The translations under genes and the position numbers were made by a program. A stretch of 64,000 nt of DNA. Origin: Candidatus Heimdallarchaeota archaeon (GTDB lineage: Archaea > Asgardarchaeota > Heimdallarchaeia > Heimdallarchaeales > Heimdallarchaeaceae). The notes beneath the pieces were generated by a model. It had not been told where the DNA came from. It made no database searches and saw nothing but the letters and a program-made list of their open reading frames with translations. Location of the stretch: positions 1 to 64,000 of the forward strand of contig JAUVXV010000015.1 of assembly GCA_030603365.1 (NCBI GenBank), read 5' to 3'. Positions 1-9,745 of the stretch are shown here, one piece after another. Position 1 is the first letter of the stretch. Each line of letters starts with the position of its first letter.

Positions 1-180
1 GGTTGTCCCTCAGTAAACCTACCTTGAACCAGGGGGCCTAGCTAGCTCGGTGCTGATGCTCCACCAACTATCGCAGACCCAAATCTGCATAACTTCCCCT
101 CAACGCACGTGAGGGGACCCACTTAAACGACGGTTAGGCGCATTCTGGTAAGTTTAACCAAGTTTCATAACGTGCGTGTC
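1..180 (-). ncRNA. Structured non-coding RNA candidate, OLE-RNA-like core; 3' part lies outside the window
   Basis: GC-rich, ORF-free stretch in an AT-rich genome. The minus strand reads AACCGTCGTTTAAGTGG (135-119), hairpin TCCCCTCA-CGTGCGT-TGAGGGGA (117-95), AGTTATGCAG, hairpin GCAGA-TTTGGG-TCTGC (88-73), GATAG, a small hairpin, then CTAGCTAGG (45-37). Positions 170-177 are an 8-bp complement of 103-110 (hairpin loop plus one stem base). The motif order matches my recollection of Bacillota OLE RNA; this is unverified. Confidence 0.6.
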
Positions 181-230
181 AATATTTAAGAAGATTGAAG
201 ATCATGAATAAGATTATCAGATATCTGAGA

Positions 231-1565
231 CTAAAATAGACACTTTGTAAGATTCACACTATAAGGGCATTCAGAGCAAAATGGTTCATTTCCCCAGCAA
301 TCAGAAGTATCTTCAGTTGCATAGAAGCAGTTATTACTCGAGAAACTACAATTTCCACAATAAGGAAAATTTTCATTCATCTTGCTTTTCTTTTCTCTAA
401 AGCTAGAATATTTTTGACTTTGCCAGATATCTAGAAAGGACGTCTCAGAGATATTTCCATACGAATAGAATGAAGAAAATCTTGAATGAGAATTTAAATA
501 AGAATCATGATTCCAGAGGTATTTGAAACATGGAACAACCTCCCCATCAGATCTTATAACCGATCCATTTTGATCATTGTAGGGACAACTTCTTTCTTCA
601 TAAACTGGCAAAATACTCGGTAAGATTAAATCTACTCCTTCTTTCTTTGCAATGATTTTGCATTTATCAAATATTTTCTGAAGGTCATTCAGTTTATTTC
701 TTTTATTGAATTCTTTTTGGTATAAGGAGATATTGAGAAGAACATTCTTAGCTTTTGCTCTTTTCACATATTCTTGATATTTCTCTGATACTGGCCTTTC
801 CTTAGGTTTCAATTTATCTTTAAATTGATAATAAGCCTTATAAGAATCTTGCAACTTTTCAGCAAATTTTTCTCTAGATACTCCTAAAACAATAGATTCC
901 CAATCGGAACCAACTTCATCTAAAATAGTTATAGCTTCAGTTGTTATCATGGAAAAAACAGTTTCGTTTTCGAAAGATTCGTTGAATGGATAAAGATGAC
1001 TCAAAGCTATGAAATCAACTTTCTTTGCAACGAATTTTTGTATTATTTCTCCTAGTTGCAGATAGTTTGAATCCATTATTACAGTCTCTATACCAATTCT
1101 AATATTACTTCGATACTTATGACTTAAACAATAATCAAGATTATTCTGAACTTGCTCTTCCTCAAGTGAATGCCCTACTTGATTCGGAATATTTTCATTC
1201 ACTGTTTCGCATGAAAAGATAATTTCATCAGCTAGTTTATTCTCTAAAATGTGATTAATTTTCTCAGAATCCAATAGAGAACCATTTGTAGTGAAAGTAA
1301 TTGAAGCAGAGGAAGGCAAATGAATCTTAGCAATCTCAAGAAACATTAAGAAATTTGGATGCATTAAAGGTTCTCCCAAACCATACAGAACCAATTTCTT
1401 TAGATGTGGAAACACTTCTTCAGCCAATTTCTGATACTCTTCTAGAGGAAAAAATAGTGCTTTTTCCTTTTGTTTCATAGTACTCAGACACATTGAGCAT
1501 GAGTAATTACATGCATTAGTTGGTTCAATCTGAAGTACATCTGGAATATCAGACAATATAATCAA
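231..1565 (-). CDS. Radical SAM/SPASM protein, tungsten-cofactor oxidoreductase maturase type
   Basis: CxxxCxxC motif (CNYSCSMC), GLGEPL, TNG, SPASM segment (CP...DGEVVPC...YGNI) and an extended Cys-rich tail (CGNC...C...DCWGNEPFCSECP); divergent from AOR. Confidence 0.85.
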   Translation of the reverse strand: MIILSDIPDVLQIEPTNACNYSCSMCLSTMKQKEKALFFPLEEYQKLAEEVFPHLKKLVLYGLGEPLMHPNFLMFLEIAKIHLPSSASITFTTNGSLLDSEKINHILENKLADEIIFSCETVNENIPNQVGHSLEEEQVQNNLDYCLSHKYRSNIRIGIETVIMDSNYLQLGEIIQKFVAKKVDFIALSHLYPFNESFENETVFSMITTEAITILDEVGSDWESIVLGVSREKFAEKLQDSYKAYYQFKDKLKPKERPVSEKYQEYVKRAKAKNVLLNISLYQKEFNKRNKLNDLQKIFDKCKIIAKKEGVDLILPSILPVYEERSCPYNDQNGSVIRSDGEVVPCFKYLWNHDSYLNSHSRFSSFYSYGNISETSFLDIWQSQKYSSFREKKSKMNENFPYCGNCSFSSNNCFYATEDTSDCWGNEPFCSECPYSVNLTKCLF

Positions 1566-1669
1566 GATATGTTTAAGTCATTCATTTAAATAATTTCGCT
1601 CTTTTTTGAAGAAGATTTTTATTTGTATAAGTGGATATTTACTTGATTCACATAAATCCAGGTGAAAAA

Positions 1670-3505
1670 ATGGAAAATGGATATATGAACAAATGGTTGA
1701 AGATTAATCTCTCAACAAAGGAAATCTCTGATTTCAACTTTCCTGAAGAAATTCTTAGAAAATTCATTGGAGGAAAAGGAATAGCAACCCACTTTTTGTG
1801 GAATTATGCTTTAAAACTTGAAAAAAAGGGAATTAATATTAAAGATATGGATGCTTTGTCCCCCGAAAACGTTCTTGTTTTTGCAACCGGACCAATAACT
1901 GGTACAAGATCACCAAATAGTGGGAGACATCATGTAATGGCACTAAAATCTCCTCTCACGGGATCGATTGGATCCGGAAACTCTGGAGGTAAATGGGGTG
2001 CTAAACTCAAATTTGCAGGTTATGATGGAATAGTAGTTGCAGGAAAAGCAAACCTCCCAACATACCTTACAATTGTTAATGGAAATGCAGAACTTCATGA
2101 TGCTCAAGAAATCTGGGGTATGAACTCTTTAGATACATCTAACTGGCTCAAAGAAAAACATGAACTGAAAAGAGCTGGTATTTCATGTATTGGTCCGGCT
2201 GGAGAAAACCTTGTTCCTATGGCGGTAATTATGAACGAAGTACATAGAGCTGTAGGTAGAACTGGACTTGGAGCTGTAATGGGTTCTAAGTATTTTAAAG
2301 CTATACTAGTAGAAGGAGATGCTAAACCAAAGATTGCTAAACAAGCAGATTTTGATGATAAAGTTAAAGAACATGTTGAAAAACTCAAAGAAAATGGTGT
2401 CACTGGAGAAGGTTTACCAACATATGGTACAGCAGTTCTTGTTAACATAATAAATCAGAATGGACTATTACCAACTAAAAACTGGCAAACAGGTGTTAAT
2501 GAAAATGCAGAGCTTATTTCAGGTGAAACTCTCACAGATAAGTACTTAATCAATAAACATCCTTGTTGGGGTTGTGTAGTTGCTTGCGGACGAAAGTCTA
2601 AAGTTGAGGAAGGACCTTACAAACTAGCATATACTGAGGGTCCCGAGTATGAATCAATTTGGGCTCTTGGTGGTTCAACAAACATTAATGACATGGGAGC
2701 TGTTGTACGAGCGAATCATTATTGTGATCTCTATGGTATAGATCCAATTAGTGTTGGTTCCAGTATAGCTGCTGCTATGGAGCTAAATGAAAAAGGTTTC
2801 ATTCCTAAGGAAGACCTTCAGGGTATGGAAGTTGACTTTGGAAATGCAGATGCTGTAGTAGAACTAACATGGATGGCAGCTTTCAGACAAGGATTAGGAT
2901 ATTGGATTGGCGAAGGTTCAAAGAAGATGTGCCAACACTATGGTGCTCCTGATCTTTCAATGGAAGTGAAGGGTTTGGAAATGCCTGCATATGACCCTCG
3001 AGGTGCTAAAGGTATAGGTTTAAACTATGCCACTGCAAATAGAGGAGGATGTCATGTAACAGGTTACACAATTGCAGCTGAAATACTTGGAGATGTTGAT
3101 AGATTTACTACTGAAGGTAAAGCTGAACTAACTAAGATATTCCAAGATTTTACAAGCATAGTGAATTCTTCAGTAAATTGTCTTTTCCTAACATTTGCTT
3201 TAGGATTAGATGAGTATGCTGAGATGATAGGTCCAGTTACAGGATGGGATGTAGATACTGACGAGTTACTAAAAACAGGAGAGCGAATAACTAACCTTGA
3301 AAGAATGATAATTAACAAACTAGGATTCTCTGGCAAAGATGATACCCTACCTAAGAGGTTATTGGAAGAAAAAATGCCTGAAGGTCCATCTGAAGGTCAA
3401 ACTGTTGATCTTGAAACCATGAAACAAGAATATTATGAACTTCGAGGTTGGCATGATGGAGTTCCATCTCTTGAGAAACTTGAAGAACTAGGATTAACTC
3501 GATAA
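1670..3505 (+). CDS. aor: Tungsten-containing aldehyde:ferredoxin oxidoreductase
   Basis: AOR motifs IGGKG, KSPLTG, IGPAGEN, GRTGLGAVMGSK, CWGCVVAC, GPEYE, AYDPRG, RGGCH. ATG 1670 is preferred over GTG 1631 because GGTGA lies at 1661-1665. Confidence 0.95.
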   Translation: MENGYMNKWLKINLSTKEISDFNFPEEILRKFIGGKGIATHFLWNYALKLEKKGINIKDMDALSPENVLVFATGPITGTRSPNSGRHHVMALKSPLTGSIGSGNSGGKWGAKLKFAGYDGIVVAGKANLPTYLTIVNGNAELHDAQEIWGMNSLDTSNWLKEKHELKRAGISCIGPAGENLVPMAVIMNEVHRAVGRTGLGAVMGSKYFKAILVEGDAKPKIAKQADFDDKVKEHVEKLKENGVTGEGLPTYGTAVLVNIINQNGLLPTKNWQTGVNENAELISGETLTDKYLINKHPCWGCVVACGRKSKVEEGPYKLAYTEGPEYESIWALGGSTNINDMGAVVRANHYCDLYGIDPISVGSSIAAAMELNEKGFIPKEDLQGMEVDFGNADAVVELTWMAAFRQGLGYWIGEGSKKMCQHYGAPDLSMEVKGLEMPAYDPRGAKGIGLNYATANRGGCHVTGYTIAAEILGDVDRFTTEGKAELTKIFQDFTSIVNSSVNCLFLTFALGLDEYAEMIGPVTGWDVDTDELLKTGERITNLERMIINKLGFSGKDDTLPKRLLEEKMPEGPSEGQTVDLETMKQEYYELRGWHDGVPSLEKLEELGLTR

Positions 3506-3528
3506 TTTCCTTTTTTCTTTTCTTTTTC
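3506..3528 (+). terminator. Oligo-T archaeal terminator-like tract after aor
   Basis: tttccttttttcttttcttttt directly after the stop codon. Confidence 0.45.
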
Positions 3529-3557
3529 GTTAGATTAATATTCTAATATGGGGAACT

Positions 3558-3806
3558 ATGGTAATGAGAGTATATATCAAGGTTTTTGCATCTTTAAGAA
3601 ACAAATATCCTGAAGTCAATGATTTGAATCCTATGGAAATGCATCTAGACAAGGGTATTTCATTAGCTGAATTAATATCTCTCTTAGATTTTAAGCAAGA
3701 AGAAGTTCAAATAGCTCTTGTAAATGGTTTGAAGAAATCACTAGATTTCAAGCTTGTAGAGGAAGAGGCAATTATTTCACTTTTTCCGCCTATAGGTGGT
3801 GGATAA
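3558..3806 (+). CDS. MoaD/ThiS-family ubiquitin-like sulfur carrier
   Basis: 82 aa, N-terminal VKVFASLR, C-terminal FPPIGGG diglycine; adjacent to aor. Confidence 0.9.
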   Translation: MVMRVYIKVFASLRNKYPEVNDLNPMEMHLDKGISLAELISLLDFKQEEVQIALVNGLKKSLDFKLVEEEAIISLFPPIGGG

Positions 3807-4895
3807 CTTATTGCTCGAAATTCTCTTTCTAAGACCTACCAAACAGAAAACAAAGAGTATCGAAAAAATCGTAAATCCATATCCTTCTTCTGTTGTTGCT
3901 AGACCATCAATCCTTAACACAAGTAATCCCACGTTATTTACTGTTTGATAAATAAGGTTATCTCTTATTTCTAGCTCTCCAGCTGATCCACCTGTAGTCA
4001 TATGAACTAATTCAACAGGAGTGGTTAAATTACTGACATCAAAAACATGTAAACCTGAGTAACCATTTCCAAGATAAAGAATATTATCTTTTACCTCTAA
4101 TGCAAAAGCTTCTCCTACTAAATCATGAGAGAGGATAAAACCTGGTTCTTCCATTATACTGAAATCAACAATTTTAATCCCATAGTAAGATGAAGCAAGA
4201 TAAACATAATCACCAAAGACATGGATATCGTAGCAAACACTACCCAGGTCAAAAGAACCTACTTCTGTAGGGTGTTCAGGATTGCTAAAATTTATAATTC
4301 TTATCCAGCTAGTTTCTGTTGCCCAATTCCAAGCTAATGTGTAAAGTAGAGAATTAGCAACAAAGAAATCATGATGGTTCCCACCAGTAAAGAAATAACT
4401 TAAATTCTGAGGTAATATTGGATTTGAAACATCCACAATGTCAAATCCTTGATCACTTCCAACAAAAAGATAATTATCTTGAACAGTTAAAGCTCCTACA
4501 GTTCCAGGTCTATATTCACTAATTTTGAAAGAATCTGCTGGATTACTGACATTAAATATTTGAACTCCATCTGTCCAAGCTGCTATATAAGCAATATTAT
4601 TAGAAACTTCAAAATAATGGGGTAGGTTTACAGAAAAATTGCCTACCTCGATGGGATTTGATGGAGTTGTGATATCTATAATATGAATTCTGTTAGCACT
4701 ATATTCACCTACATAAGCATAATTGTCATCTAAATCAACATCGAAGAGAATTCCTGAAATTTCTACTCTACTTATCTCCACAACAGTAATATCCCCATCA
4801 CTAGCATTTACAAGAGAAGGATAAATACAAATTAGAGAGATGATTATACAAATACTAAATCCTAGCTGAAATAACTTTTTTCGTTTAAGAATCAT
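3777..4895 (-). CDS. Secreted LVIVD-repeat (beta-propeller) protein with C-terminal membrane anchor
   Basis: Signal peptide, repeated YAYV...I[FV]DV[ST]NP units, C-terminal TM helix plus basic tail. Confidence 0.85.
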   Translation of the reverse strand: MILKRKKLFQLGFSICIIISLICIYPSLVNASDGDITVVEISRVEISGILFDVDLDDNYAYVGEYSANRIHIIDITTPSNPIEVGNFSVNLPHYFEVSNNIAYIAAWTDGVQIFNVSNPADSFKISEYRPGTVGALTVQDNYLFVGSDQGFDIVDVSNPILPQNLSYFFTGGNHHDFFVANSLLYTLAWNWATETSWIRIINFSNPEHPTEVGSFDLGSVCYDIHVFGDYVYLASSYYGIKIVDFSIMEEPGFILSHDLVGEAFALEVKDNILYLGNGYSGLHVFDVSNLTTPVELVHMTTGGSAGELEIRDNLIYQTVNNVGLLVLRIDGLATTEEGYGFTIFSILFVFCLVGLRKRISSNKLSTTYRRKK

Positions 4896-4950
4896 AAGAA
4901 AAATTATCCTTATACACTTATTAATCTACTTGGGGTCGGCTAAAATTCAC

Positions 4951-7371
4951 TTATATGAAGATGTTGTCCACATACTGAGTGATGATTAATCTTTCCTGAA
5001 AGCCTAAACTCTTCTCATCTTTATCAACAGAAACTAAATCTTCCCAAACTTGATTAGTACCATAAATAAGTTGAGAAAATTCATCGAGTTTCTTGATTCC
5101 TTGATATGATTTTCCAATGAATACATAACAGAAAATAAATCCTTCAATTTTCTTGATAAGATAGGTGTATTCATCATATAAGGTTCGTTCAATATAACCA
5201 ATTCGAGTACTCTGATGTATTCGCTCCAGTATGTTTGATGATACTTTCTGGATTAAATCTGGATCTAAATCAGGTTCAAACTGCTCGAGATAGAGTACAA
5301 CGCCTGTTTCAGAAAAAATGAATATAAGAGAGGATTCTTCATCCTCAAACTCAGCTTCAGAAAATACTAAACCTTTTCCCCTAACCATTTCTTCCATCAC
5401 TGATTCAATGTGAGTAAGTTCCATTCTTTCTGCAACACTGGGCAATTGCATAGTAAATTTCTCCCACAGATCTAGTTGCTCAAGAAGTTGATCATGATTA
5501 TCTGATATCTTTCTAGCTAATGTGTGGTAGCCTTTTCCTTCTGCCATTATTTGAGCACTGTTAAACAATCTTCTAGCTTTTGCTACATCAAGTTCAATCA
5601 GAGCAATTTGTGATTCTAACCATATCGATTGAATAAGTAGAGGATATGCTAACTCAGCTGTTCCTTCTTGGTGGAGTTTTTTAACATGATACTTGAGTTC
5701 CTCAAGAAAATCCATCTCTTCAGTTATTCTAAGTTCTGTAAGTAAGTTTTCACATAAATTCAGTATTGCTGATAAAACAATCTTATGTTCTATTTCCTTT
5801 TCACTAATGATTGATTCCAACAGCTCTTTTGCTTTCTTTCTGTTGTCTGAATCTTCTTCTTTATTCAAAACAAGTGCAGTTGATAAACGAAGAGTAATTT
5901 CGATATCCTTAGAATCTTGATCTTTACCCAAAGTATTCAGTGTTTCTAGATATTCCTTTGCTTTTTCTATTTCTCCCATATCTAGATAACAACTAATAAG
6001 TTTGAACGCAGTATAAACATGTAAAGCCTTGTATTCATTTCTTATGGCAATTTCTTCACTGCTATGATAATACTTCAGAGCAAGTTTATTGTCTCCCTTT
6101 AACTGATAGATTTCACCTACTTGATTTTGGGTATCACAAACACTCGCAAGTCTTTGAATACCCTCGTAATATTCTAAACAAAGTAAATAATTTGTTAGAC
6201 CATTATCTAAATCTCCTTTGAGGTGCAGAATGTTAGCTAGTCTTCCTCTAGACCAAGCAAGATTCTCAGGAATATTCTTGGTACTATAGAACTCAACTGC
6301 GGACTCAGCAAATTTTAGTGCTCGATTATATTCCCCTTTTGCAACATAAATTCCTGTCAAGGAAAATTGAATTAAATAATAGGGTCTTTCAAAATCTAAT
6401 TCTTTAGCAATAGCTAATGCTTCATATAAGTAAGTTGAAGCTCGCTCATACTCCATCCTTCGAGAATAAACTTGACCTAAGTTGAAAAGATAGGTGGTTA
6501 AACCAAACTTATCTCCAATTTCTTTACTAATGTTCATAGCCATCTCAAAGTGTTCAATTCCTAAATTTTTCTCATCTTTATTGAAATTCATGATAGCCAG
6601 AGAGTTATGAATTTTGGACAAAACATTTTTTGCATTGAGTTCTTCGGCCATTTTCTTAGCTTCTTCGAAATGAGTCATCTTCTGCTCAGGTTCTGTGTTT
6701 GGTAAGTAAAGACCAATCTGAAAAGTTGTTAATGTTGCTTCAAATTGGTTTGAAGTTTTCTGCCAGATTGTATGAGCCTCCTCAGCACACTTTAGTGCTT
6801 CTTCTACGTGCCCAACCTCACAATGAATAGTTGCTAACTGTTCTAACGATCTTCCTTTACCATACTCATAGTTAAAATCTTCACTAAGTTTAAGACCCAA
6901 GGCAGCTGTTTCATATGTCTCATCTATGAATCCAAAAAGTAATTTCTGTAATTGAGTTTTAATAATCAGAAGATTTACTCTCTTAATCGTAACTTCAGTT
7001 GAATCCTTATCAACAATATCTTCAAAAAATTCTTCAGCTTCTTTAATAATTCGTAAGCCCTCATTAGCATTGCCCATATAGAGAAGATTCTCAGAAGAAA
7101 TACACAAGTAATCTAATTTCTGTAAGGGAGAACCAGTGATGGTTATCTCACTACTGATTTCATCTAGAAGACTAATTGCTTGGAAATATTGATCTGTTTT
7201 AACGAGCGCTTTACACTTTAATAGATTATAAATTACTTTGACCTCTTTAGAAATCATTCTTGAGGATAAAACAGAATTTATTGATTCTAAAGCTAGTCTC
7301 CCCTGTCCTTTAAGTATAAGTTCTTCCAGTTGAGAAGGTGTTTCAGTTCTAGAACTAGACACTTTAATCAC
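4951..7371 (-). CDS. TPR-repeat protein with C-terminal longin-like alpha/beta domain
   Basis: Many TPR units (e.g. NLGQVY...ASTYLYEALAI). The last ~130 aa begin IFIFSETGVVLY and end FIFCYVF..SY...KKL. Confidence 0.8.
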   Translation of the reverse strand: MIKVSSSRTETPSQLEELILKGQGRLALESINSVLSSRMISKEVKVIYNLLKCKALVKTDQYFQAISLLDEISSEITITGSPLQKLDYLCISSENLLYMGNANEGLRIIKEAEEFFEDIVDKDSTEVTIKRVNLLIIKTQLQKLLFGFIDETYETAALGLKLSEDFNYEYGKGRSLEQLATIHCEVGHVEEALKCAEEAHTIWQKTSNQFEATLTTFQIGLYLPNTEPEQKMTHFEEAKKMAEELNAKNVLSKIHNSLAIMNFNKDEKNLGIEHFEMAMNISKEIGDKFGLTTYLFNLGQVYSRRMEYERASTYLYEALAIAKELDFERPYYLIQFSLTGIYVAKGEYNRALKFAESAVEFYSTKNIPENLAWSRGRLANILHLKGDLDNGLTNYLLCLEYYEGIQRLASVCDTQNQVGEIYQLKGDNKLALKYYHSSEEIAIRNEYKALHVYTAFKLISCYLDMGEIEKAKEYLETLNTLGKDQDSKDIEITLRLSTALVLNKEEDSDNRKKAKELLESIISEKEIEHKIVLSAILNLCENLLTELRITEEMDFLEELKYHVKKLHQEGTAELAYPLLIQSIWLESQIALIELDVAKARRLFNSAQIMAEGKGYHTLARKISDNHDQLLEQLDLWEKFTMQLPSVAERMELTHIESVMEEMVRGKGLVFSEAEFEDEESSLIFIFSETGVVLYLEQFEPDLDPDLIQKVSSNILERIHQSTRIGYIERTLYDEYTYLIKKIEGFIFCYVFIGKSYQGIKKLDEFSQLIYGTNQVWEDLVSVDKDEKSLGFQERLIITQYVDNIFI

Positions 7372-7515
7372 TCACAGAATCAATACAAACAATTAGTCTT
7401 CTGATTTATAATCATTTCCCAATTTGTTCATAAATCTGGGTTAAAAGAGAGAATAACCTAATATTTCAGTAAATTCTCATGATAAATTTTTATAGGATTA
7501 TGTTAATACAAATTT

Positions 7516-8424
7516 ATGTCTGAAGAGATTATTAAAGGTCCTGTTCTTATAACTGGAGCCAATACAGGTATTGGAAGGAAGACACTGGAATTATTAACAA
7601 GCAAAGGAATTGAAGTCTATGCTTGTGCTAGAAAAGAAAAGGATCTAAAGGAACTAGATGGTCTAACCAATACAACTGCAATTAAGCTTGATGTTACAAA
7701 GAAAGAGGAAATTAAACAGGCAGTTCAACAAGTAAAAGAACTTGGTAAAGGTCTTTATGGTCTTGTTAACAACGCAGGAATTGCAAACGTAGGACAAATT
7801 TTCACTCATTCTGAAGAGGCTATGTACGAGATGTTTGACATCAATGTTTTTGGAATACATAGAGTAACTACTGCTATGCTGCCTTTTCTGTTTGAATCTA
7901 AGGGACGCATAGTTAACATCAGTTCAATTAGTGGAATTTTAACAGCTTCATTCTTCGGTTTATATAGTATGGGAAAACACGCAGTAGAAGCTTATTCTGA
8001 CGCATTATATGTTAATCTCAAAGACGCAGGTATTGAAGTTAGTATCATTGAACCAGGTAATTTCAAATCAGAGATTGGAATGAGCATGTATACTAAAAGG
8101 TTAGATGAGAAGAAAGATTTGAGGATACTTATGACTGATGAACAAAGAGAAATGCAACTCAAAGAAATGAAAGAAAATTTCGCAAGTCCAGAACCATATC
8201 CTGAACCAGATGATGTCGCTGAAGCTATCTTCGATGCTCTCAACTCAGAAATGCCCAAATCACGTTATCTAGTAACCAGCAATCAAGAAGAAACAAACTG
8301 GGTGATTAAGAGAATGCTTTTTGAAATGTGTCAAATGAATTCAAATCACAAATATAGTTACAGCAGAGAAGAAATTATAGAAATACTTGATCAAGTCATG
8401 CATGAGAAGGAATTCGAATTCTGA
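7516..8424 (+). CDS. SDR family NAD(P)-dependent oxidoreductase (retinol/17-beta-HSD-like subgroup)
   Basis: TGANTGIG, LVNNAG, YSMGK catalytic motif, IEPG. Confidence 0.92.
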   Translation: MSEEIIKGPVLITGANTGIGRKTLELLTSKGIEVYACARKEKDLKELDGLTNTTAIKLDVTKKEEIKQAVQQVKELGKGLYGLVNNAGIANVGQIFTHSEEAMYEMFDINVFGIHRVTTAMLPFLFESKGRIVNISSISGILTASFFGLYSMGKHAVEAYSDALYVNLKDAGIEVSIIEPGNFKSEIGMSMYTKRLDEKKDLRILMTDEQREMQLKEMKENFASPEPYPEPDDVAEAIFDALNSEMPKSRYLVTSNQEETNWVIKRMLFEMCQMNSNHKYSYSREEIIEILDQVMHEKEFEF

Positions 8425-8503
8425 GAACAATAGATTTTGAGGTTATTTCATGTTTTTTCAATAAGATTTTTATTAATTCTATTGAAATGACCTTTAGATT
8501 TGT

Positions 8504-9679
8504 ATGTTAAAAGATAAGGTTTGTAAGTACATTGATGATAATAAAAACTTGTTATTTGAAGTTAGTAGAGAGATTTTCGAAAATCCAGAATTAAATTTTG
8601 AGGAATACAAAGCTTCCAAATTACTTGCATCAAAACTTGAAGAAGCGAAATTTGATGTTCAATTAGGGGTTGCTGATTTGGAGACAGCAATCTACGCTAC
8701 ACATCCAGTTAAATCTGAAGGTCCGACTGTCGCAATTCTAGGAGAGTATGACGCTTTACCAGAAATTGGTCATGGTTGCGGTCATAATCTAATTGCTGCT
8801 GCAGCACTTGGAGCAAGTTTAGCATTAGGTAATTTCATGGAAGAAATTCCAGGTAAGCTTATTTTTATGGGAACTCCTGCAGAAGAAGGTGGAGGGGGTA
8901 AGATTTTCATGATCAATGCTGGTCTCTTCAAAGATGTTGATGCGGCAATTATGTTTCATCCTTCAGCAACACGCAATATAGCTGGTAGGGGGGGTTTAGC
9001 TGTAACAAATGTAAAAATGGAATTTTTTGGTAAAACAGCTCATTCTTCATCTGAACCTGAGAAAGGCATCAATGCTCTAGATGGTGTTGTTCAAGCTTAT
9101 AATGCAATAAGTGCACTTCGACAACACATAAGTAGTGATGCTAGAATTCATGGAGTTATCACACATGGTGGAGTAAAACCAAATATAGTACCAGATTATG
9201 CTGCTGCAATATACTATGTCCGAGCATTAGATGATGACTATTGCCAAGAATTGGTTCAGAAAGTAGAAAATTGTGCAAAGGGAGCAGCTTTAAGCACTGG
9301 AGCGGAATTAAAATTTGAAATTGTTGGTCATTCCTATAAATCTAGAAATGTAAATAAAACGCTTGGGAAAGCATTTCTAAAGAATGTGTCTGCATTAGAT
9401 ATTCCGGTTCATCCTTTACCAGTTGGAAAAGGTTTGGGGTCAAGTGATATAGGAAATGTCAGTCATGAAGTTCCTACGATTCACCCCTATATAGGTATAA
9501 GTGAAACTGAAATCAATGTTCACTCGACTGATTTTGCGAAAGCAGCAATATCAGAATTTGGGCAAAACAGAATGCTTGTTGCTGCAAAAGCTTTAGCAAT
9601 GACAGCCCTGGATGTGTTCACTAAACCAGAATTGATAAAAGAAATGAAAGAGGAGTTTGAGAAAACCAAATCAAAATAA
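8504..9679 (+). CDS. M20 family amidohydrolase (PM20D2/AbgB-like)
   Basis: NPELNFEE, EYDALP, HGCGHN, GTPAEEGGGGK, GSSDIGNVS. Confidence 0.92.
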   Translation: MLKDKVCKYIDDNKNLLFEVSREIFENPELNFEEYKASKLLASKLEEAKFDVQLGVADLETAIYATHPVKSEGPTVAILGEYDALPEIGHGCGHNLIAAAALGASLALGNFMEEIPGKLIFMGTPAEEGGGGKIFMINAGLFKDVDAAIMFHPSATRNIAGRGGLAVTNVKMEFFGKTAHSSSEPEKGINALDGVVQAYNAISALRQHISSDARIHGVITHGGVKPNIVPDYAAAIYYVRALDDDYCQELVQKVENCAKGAALSTGAELKFEIVGHSYKSRNVNKTLGKAFLKNVSALDIPVHPLPVGKGLGSSDIGNVSHEVPTIHPYIGISETEINVHSTDFAKAAISEFGQNRMLVAAKALAMTALDVFTKPELIKEMKEEFEKTKSK

Positions 9680-9745
9680 ATAACTATTCTTGTCAATATT
9701 GATTTACATATAGTTAAATATTATTTACAGGTATGGGCTATTATC

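Noticed and set aside
1-180. Identification as 6S RNA, SRP RNA, RNase P RNA or tRNA
   Set aside because: Only CCTTGAACC resembles 6S RNA. No SRP helix-8 motif, no RNase P GAGGAAAGTCC and no cloverleaf are visible in the available part.
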